Shown in pieces: positions 56,771-64,000 of a stretch of DNA of 64,000 bases (the stretch's first letter is position 1; each line of letters begins with the position of its first letter). The DNA lies in assembly GCF_009914755.1 (NCBI RefSeq), contig NC_060932.1; one strand, written 5' to 3'. Source of the stretch: the human T2T-CHM13v2.0 reference genome, Homo sapiens. The notes beneath the pieces are model-generated. The model worked only from the letters and a program-made list of their open reading frames with translations, was not told the origin of the DNA and did not search any database. Made by a program: the position numbers and the translations under genes.

Positions 56771-56889
56771 TCATGAGACTGTGAGCTCCCAGATAGAAGG
56801 AACTGTATCAGAAACCATCAGATACCTAGTATGTACACATAATAGGTGCTCAATAAATGTTTATTGAAGAGGGAAACATTGAAGTTTCA

Positions 56890-57090
56890 CAGTGGCTATA
56901 AAAACAGACTGGTCCAAATCCGTTCCTTCAAAAGGATTTAGCCACTTACTATTTACATGACCTTAAGTAATTCACTTAACTTCTCTAAGCCTCTGCTTCC
57001 TCATTTGTTAAACAGAAATATCAAAAAATTCCTACATTGTGATCCCGCTTTCTAAACCATAAAGTATAATATAAAGGTACTATTAGTTAT
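56890..57090 (+). mobile_element. MIR SINE
   Basis: tgaccttaagtaattcacttaacttctctaagcctctgcttcctcatttgt. Confidence 0.75.
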
Positions 57091-57852
57091 TTGTTGATTC
57101 CCAGGCTGTGCATTTTTACTACCTCTTGTCAGCTCTTGCCTGAAGTAACTTCAAAAGAGCATATTACCTCCTAATTACCAAGACCCTGCTCTAGTATTTA
57201 CCTGGTCCCTCTTGTCTCCAGAAGTTGGGGGTACTTCCTAAATTTTGTCTCTTCTTCTTTTCTTTAATTTCAGACTCACAAACAAGGTCTCTGTCTCAAA
57301 GGACTCTTAGGAAAAGATTTTCCCTGGACAACTTTGTCACAGGGAGACCTGAGTTGTTTGTGGTGTCCCTACTTCCCAGTCTTCAGAAACAGTATGTTTC
57401 ACCTTAAATATTAAGCTGCATCTATGGCCTATTAATGTCCCAATCTTTCCTCAAGGAGATGCCACACAGAATTAGTCTTTTTCTCTCTCGTCCAATAATG
57501 GCATCTTGTTTTTATCTCTAGCATAGCACATTTCATCGCCTCTTGTATCAGAAGAACAGATGGATCTTTACTTATAACGACTGTGAGCTTCTCAGGGAGA
57601 GGGTGGGATCCAAGGGTGTCAGGGTAAGAGATTATAACCTATGCCCTGCCTCCTTCTGTCACCACATCCCAGAAGGAAAAACAAATAACTATCAGAAATA
57701 TAATCCCCTGGGAATCATGAAAGTACATGAAATCTGCTTTTGAGATTAGGAAAGACAAGTCATATTTCTATGAATTCTAAAACAGTACAATGCAGAGTAT
57801 GCATTATTTTTAATCAAAGCAAGAAAAAAAAGCACACAGAAAGATAAACTCT

Positions 57853-57870
57853 GAGCGCCATCTCATGGGG
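57853..57870 (-). promoter_or_regulatory. Candidate CTCF motif
   Basis: Minus strand CCCCATGAGATGGCGCTC resembles the CTCF core CCASYAGRKGGCRS; CpG retained; not in a recognised repeat. Confidence 0.4.
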
Positions 57871-58660
57871 AAATCCACCACTGCCCCATCAGTGCCACTC
57901 ACGCAGGGATGAGGGCCCTATGCAGTCCACAGTGATGTCCACACCACTCTCAATCCGCCTCAACCCCATCCCCTTGTCAGTTTAAGTCAGGGCAGCAGCC
58001 TCAGCAGCAGCAGCAGGCAACGTCTAAGGTGAATCCTGCTGCCTGTGGTCTGGATTCCACGACACCAGGATCAACTAGGGCTCACCATGTGGCCTCTAAA
58101 CCACAGAAGCCTTCACTCTAGCCTCTGTCATATGCCTTGGCCATTCCCTACACCTGGGTCCTAGCTCCATTTCCTGCTAGAGCTTAACACTTCCCTGAAC
58201 CTGAGCTTTTTGAATGAGAAACCTATAACCAAGGTAGTTCACACTGCCTTCCTCCTGGCTCAGAGCCTGTTGTGAAGAAACCAGTTGCCCCAAGCCTGAG
58301 AGTATTGCCAGCCTCCTGGACCCTCCCACTCAAGGGAGGCCTCACTTTTGGATTGGACCTCACTGCCCAAACACAAACCCGCCCAAACACACAGGAACAT
58401 GTCACATCCTTTGGACACTAGGGGTCAGGCCCCTAGGCCGCTCCATGGGGCATTTGCTCCTGCCAATTAGTTTTCCCAGCCTGCTATCTTTAGCTTTCTC
58501 TCCATCCAGGGCCATGCTGTTGCAATCCCAACATGCCTCACACCTAAGCTCATATAAGTTTCAGCACATCCACCAGAGTCAAAGACCCCCCAACATGCCA
58601 CACAGTGGTCCTTTAGCCAGTTCATAATGATAGATGGGGGACGCAAGACCAGCAAGTCAA

Positions 58661-58690
58661 ATTGCATCATGTAGTGTCTGATGATGCAAT
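58661..58690. promoter_or_regulatory. Inverted pair of C/EBP-ATF (AARE/CARE) motifs
   Basis: ATTGCATCAT-n10-ATGATGCAAT. Confidence 0.35.
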
Positions 58691-58831
58691 CTGATACATA
58701 ATCATGAATAAGGAAGCTAGAGTAAAGACCACAAACTCAAACATCTATCAGAGTCAGGAATATAAGTAAATGAATGGCATGGGTCAGGTGTTAGGCAATC
58801 CAGGTTGCAGCCAACTGCCACGGGTACCCAC

Positions 58832-59261
58832 TAGGATAGTTATTTGTATGTGTCCATTTGTCTGGGCCATGGTGCACAGACACTTGGTCAAACATTATCC
58901 TAGATATTTCTGTGATGGTATTTTCTTGGACAAGATGAACATTTAAATAAGTGGACTTTGAGGGAAGCAAATTGCTGTCCATAATGCAAGTGGACTGTGT
59001 CCAGTTAGTTAAACAAAGACTGGCCTCCACCAAGCAAGAAGAAACTCTGCCAGCAGAGGGCCTTTGGACTCTGACAGCAACTCTTCCCTGATCTGGCAGC
59101 CTACCTTGTAGATTTTCACTTGCACCTCCACAATCATGTGATCATGTCAGCCAATTTCTTAAAATAAATCAATCTATATATATATGTGTGTGTGTGTATA
59201 TATACATACATACACATATATCTTATTGGTTCTACTTCTCTGGAAAACACTGACTTACACA
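58832..59261 (+). mobile_element. MLT2D-like (ERVL) solo LTR
   Basis: ttggtcaaacattatcctagatatttctgtga...tattggttctacttctctggaaaacactgacttacaca. Confidence 0.85.
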
Positions 59262-61102
59262 CCCACCTCAACAGAGCAGCTATTACTATTCAGATCAACT
59301 AACTCTAGAGACCAAACGAAAACGTTTTTAGACCACTGCCAACCTCTGGGCCATCAGTTGGGATGTTTCAGCGAGAACTGAGACAAATCAAACCAGGAGC
59401 TGTTCTTAGTCAAAACTGCAGCATCTCTGCCGATCCAACTCAGGGACATCAAATCCTCCACGCCACCTCTATATCCACGTTCCTTTTCTCTGCTTCCTCT
59501 AACCATAGTTCTCTCCACTCTATCCTCAGCACTAGTTCAAAAAGGAAAACAGATAGTATAATATTTATACAGACCAGGAGCATAATCATCACAATAATCC
59601 TGTAAATAGACACAAGGATCCTTCCCAGTTTACAGATAAAGAACAGGCTGAGAGATGTTCAGTAATTTCGCCAAGAAATTTCGCCAAGTAAGCAGAGGTG
59701 TGGGAGATCAGAGCCTGGACCATCTGAGACCAGAGCTCAGAGTCTACCAAGCCGGCTTAGTGAAGAACCTCTTAAAAATATTCATTTTAAGAAACTCAGC
59801 CTGGTTTGCTCATCTCCAATAAAAGATGACGAGACAACAGCTCCTGCCGCAAGCCATAGAGGCCATCAGGGTTCACCACATCATACAGGCAACACACATG
59901 TAAAACCCATTGGAGTTCTCCAGCAGAATAACAACTTTATCACCACAGTGTAACCTGAACATCCTCCACACAGCTGCAGTCAGAGCAGTAAATCGAAAAC
60001 TGAAACCTGAGCCTGGCACACCCCCGTTTAAAACCTTCCTGAGACTTGGGGACCTCCTGTCTCTTGTCAGTATTTGCCCTGAGAGGCAGAGTGAGGCTAC
60101 ATCTTCAGATGGGGACCAAGTAACCACACTGGAGGGGGAAGGAGGTGACACAAGGGCTGGGAAGCTGCTGAGCCAGGTGAACCATGGTATTTGGGAAGGT
60201 TTGAAGGAGAAGTGGGGGCAGCCATATTCCTACAGTGTCCTTGCTAGTTAGGAGGATGAATGTGTCCTGGCTTCTCTCTGCCCTACCCAACTCGCATGTG
60301 TGACGTGTCATCAGGTCTTCCCAGGGAGATAGAGCCACTAAGCTTCCCCTTGCATTTTCCTCAAATGCAGGTAAAGAGGGGTTCTCTACCTCTCCATGGA
60401 TTTTTTTCTGACTGTAGTTGAAAGGGTTACTCTCGCCCAGGCCGTTTCTCAACCTGGCCTCACAGGGGACATCAAGAGGCCTCCAAGCTGGCTTCAGAGT
60501 GATTTTTGGCAAAAGGAGGACTAAGAGAGGCCAGGCTTTCTGCCAAATTCTGTTCTTGTGAAAAATCAGTTAGCCCATTCTGACCAGACACATAAAATAG
60601 CCTGTAATAAATGTCTCCTGAAAATGTTGGGGGAACTTTTCCATCTCTACGTACTAAGGTTATAAGAGAGTCATTGAAGCACAGAATTAGTCTTGCAAGC
60701 TGTGGAAACCAAATATCTAATCAAGCCATAAAAAAAAGGAAAGGAAAGAAATGCCTTAAAGCTCTGTTCTCTTCGTCTATGTTCCTTTCTGGTTGTTGCA
60801 AAGGTCAAAGATTACTTTCATAAATCTGTTTGATATGTTGAGATGGGACGGCTGCAGAATCTAATTGCTTGGAAAAGATAATTTGGTGGATACAGTCAGT
60901 AGCAAGTACAGCCTACATTATACAATTAATTTCACCCCCAGAGGGATACCTGGGAATCAGCATGTGGCCGCCAAAGTGGCTCCAAATTCTTTGAAACAGG
61001 AGACCAGGTGCCTTGAGGTGCAGTAACTTATTTAGGAGAGCATGGCCAGCTATGAGCGAAATGAGGTATCCACACTCTAGGGCCATTTTTATCATCCATA
61101 CA

Positions 61103-61281
61103 TTAGCAATCTTCAAACTGAGCTACATCCTCATAAAGACCTCCCTAGGCATATGTGGGCACAAATATAATGAGTTCCAAATCTATAATTATCAAAGGTG
61201 CATTATTTTATAAAATTGATCTGTGTGAGAAAGTACCTTAAGCCAACAAGCCGGGTCCCTTCTCCCTTCTTTCATTCTGCA

Positions 61282-61313
<32 letters not shown>

Positions 61314-62047
61314 AAACTTCTCAGCCATATAAGTATGTAGCAAGCCCAAGGTGCCAAACAAAGAGACAATTCAAAATTTTGATATCTGCAGAGCATTCAT
61401 TAATAAGCAAATATAGTCCTCACCCATGTTTATCATGAAGAAAAGCATTTCCAATAAAAATATTTTACTTTCATGACTTGTAATTGTTTACTAAAATGTA
61501 CAGTATATACACATGTTATTTTGAATAATTTTAATGATAGCTCAATCCAGAAGAAATTTGTTTTACAACTTGAAGCCTTGGAGTCACAGGAAACAATTTT
61601 TGTTTCAACTTTTAAACATATTTTCTTTTTCAGAAATGTTTCATAGGTTGATCAACAGAAGACCCTCCAAACATAAAAATACATTACAATAAGAGAAAAC
61701 TCTGTCATGGGCATAAAGTAGAAATATGATTTTCATGGTTTCAAAAACATGTAATGTAGATTTCCTACTATTAAATAAAAACCCATTCATGTGATTTTTT
61801 AAAAATTAGATAGTGAATGTCAAGTGACTATGACATCTTTATGCCACTAGATTAATGTTGAAGAGTGATGCATTATTTTATATTAAAACATTCAATATTT
61901 ATAACATGTGAGACATTTCATCCTTTGATACTATTTAAATTTATGAAGAAAAAATGCATAAGTCAATTTAAGAAACACGTAAGGGAGTACATAATTTTTC
62001 GTAATACATTTAGGTTATATAGAAGCAAGAACTTTGAGGACCAGTGC
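61103..62047. mobile_element. Charlie-like (possibly Charlie7) hAT relic
   Basis: Degenerate TIRs tagcaatcttcaaact ... actttgaggaccagtg around an AT-rich body. Confidence 0.5.
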
Positions 62048-62152
62048 CTCTTACTTTCTTTTTGGATGAACAATAGAATTGATGATCAAGAAAAAACAGT
62101 TCTGTACTTGGAACTCTCACCTGCTATTGGGCCAGTATGTTAGTCCAAGTAG

Positions 62153-62590
62153 TGTGTTAGTAAGCAGAGACTGCCTAGATGCTCAGCAAACCCATTTCTT
62201 CTTCCTGGAAACACTGTTAACATTTCCAACACTCTGCATTTGGATGAGGCCATGTGATTGGTTTTAGCCCAAGGAAGGTGAAAAAAAGTGATGTGTCCTT
62301 CCAGGCCAAAGTGGTTAAGAACAATATCGATATACCTTCTCCATGCTTCTGTCTTCTCATCTGTCAGCTGATGACACCAGAGCAAACTTGAAACAATGTG
62401 TTAAACATGGTGGAGCACAAGGTAGATGGATTCCTGAGTAACCGCCTGGAGGAGCTTCCCAGAAGAACCTCCTGACAAAGAATAACTGCAATAAAATTGA
62501 CATAGGCAAGAAATACGTGTATATATGTGCATGTGTGTGTGTGTGTACATGAAACCATTAATTATCCTCACTTACACATCTACTAATATC
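62153..62590 (+). mobile_element. MLT1J-like LTR
   Basis: catttccaacactctgcatttggatgaggccatgtgattgg...gtgatgtgtccttccaggcc. Confidence 0.7.
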
Positions 62591-63004
62591 CTAACCATGA
62601 TTTGATTCAGAAGTGTGCCCTTGCTACATTGGAAGGTGTCCTCTTATCACACATGGATGGCTTCATTTAAACCACCACTTCCATTTTGATCAGTCTGAAT
62701 TTCAAAGGAACATCAAAACCATGGCTGTAATTAATTCAGTTAACTTGTATATTGTCCAAACTGGTTCTACTTAAGTAATCAAACATTCATTTTAGTTTAT
62801 AACGAAATCTTAAGCTTTGTTCTTTGAAGACTCCAAACATGATGACGGGAAGTGTTGTGATCTCTAAACCCCATGAAGTCTAATCCAGGTATTCATCTTT
62901 TTAACATTACATTATTGAGGCAAATCTATGCAGATTGTATTCACAGTGTGACAGTAGTAGTATTCTCTCTGCCTACAACATAAAATCCAAACATTTTAGC
63001 ATGG

Positions 63005-63517
63005 TGTGATGGTTAATTTCATGTGTCACCTTGAATGAGCCATAAAATGCCCAGATATCTAATGAAATATTATTTCTGGAGGTGTCTATGAGGGTGTTTC
63101 TGGAAGAGATTAGCATCTGAACTGGTGAACTGGGAAAAAGCAGATGGCTTTTCCCAGTGTGGGTGTGGGCATCACCGAATCATTTGAGGGTCTCAATAGA
63201 ACAAAAAGGCAGAGGAAGGCTGGACCTACTCTCCGCCTGACTGTTGAGCAGGAACATTCGATCTCCTCCTGCCTTTGGTGCCCCTGGCTCTCAGGCCCTC
63301 AGACCCAGGCTGGAATCTACACCATCAAATCTCTGGCTCTCAGGCCTGCAAACTACACCACCAGCATTCCTGGGTCTCCAGTTTATAGGCAGTAGATCAT
63401 GGGACTCCCAGCCTCCCTAATCATGTGAGCCAATACCTTATAATTTATCTCATAGATAGATAGATATACAGATATCTACTATTTGTTCTGTTTCTCTGGA
63501 GAACCTTGACTAATACA
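63005..63517 (+). mobile_element. MLT2B-like (ERVL) solo LTR
   Basis: tgtgatggttaatttcatgtgtca...ctctggagaaccttgactaataca; TSD catgg/cgtgg. Confidence 0.9.
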
Positions 63518-64000
63518 CGTGGCACTCAAGATTCTTTACAATCTGATCCCAATGTGCCTTTCCAGCATTGATTTCTCAAGACTACATTTATGCTCCTTGT
63601 ATTCCAGCAAAAATTAAATTTTGCTATTTTATTACCTTCAGTATAACTATGATTGTTAGGCAACATTTCTAATGATCCTAAAACCATTATGCCAAGCATA
63701 TTAGTATTTCTCAAACTAATATTATAGGAAAGCTTTCAGGAAATACTAGTTCCAGGAAAAGAAAAAAAAAAAAACAACAACTTCTTTCCTGCTCATGTAA
63801 ATTGGTTTGCTTATTTAACACAATTAAATAGATGTCAGTTTGCCTTTAAAAAAAGTTCTCAATATGTTAACATTTAATCAAAATCTCTGGCATTTCCCCA
63901 AACTTATTGCTTTTAGGGCCCTTTTTCCCATATTGACATCCGCAGAGCACAGCTTGATTTCTCAGCAGTTTCTGAGCCGCCCCAGGACACCTTCTCTCCA

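Noticed and set aside
57990-58017. Polyglutamine-coding CAG repeat
   Set aside because: Only a few interrupted units, and not in a supported ORF or exon

Overview
This window is primate (very probably human) genomic DNA, mostly non-coding. It carries about 12 Alu copies (J, S and Y types), L1PA/L1PB/L1MA/L1MB/L1ME 3' fragments, many MIR and L2 relics, solo LTRs (THE1D, MSTA/B/D, MLT1, MLT2, LTR8, LTR16, LTR33) and DNA-transposon fossils (a near full-length Tigger1, MER20 x3, MER58 x3, Zaphod/MER115-like, Charlie-like). I recognise no intact protein-coding gene, rRNA, tRNA or CRISPR array. The ORF track is explained by decayed transposase, Alu/L1/LTR read-through, a microsatellite and chance. 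I cannot name the locus. Repeat subfamily names come from recalled consensus sequences, and boundaries of old elements are approximate. I found no convincing new biological system. The best leads are: a ~410-bp direct-repeat pair 1,981 bp apart that I cannot assign to a repeat family (46216-46625 and 48197-48615); a 40-bp palindromic A/T micro-insertion with a 13-bp TSD (20175-20240); an ~850-bp hierarchical (ATATATATC)n array inside an L1PB; two Alus stacked at one insertion site; an inverted pair of C/EBP-ATF4 elements; a 48-bp VNTR; a perfect hairpin inside a MIR; and several candidate enhancers, CTCF sites and non-coding exons.
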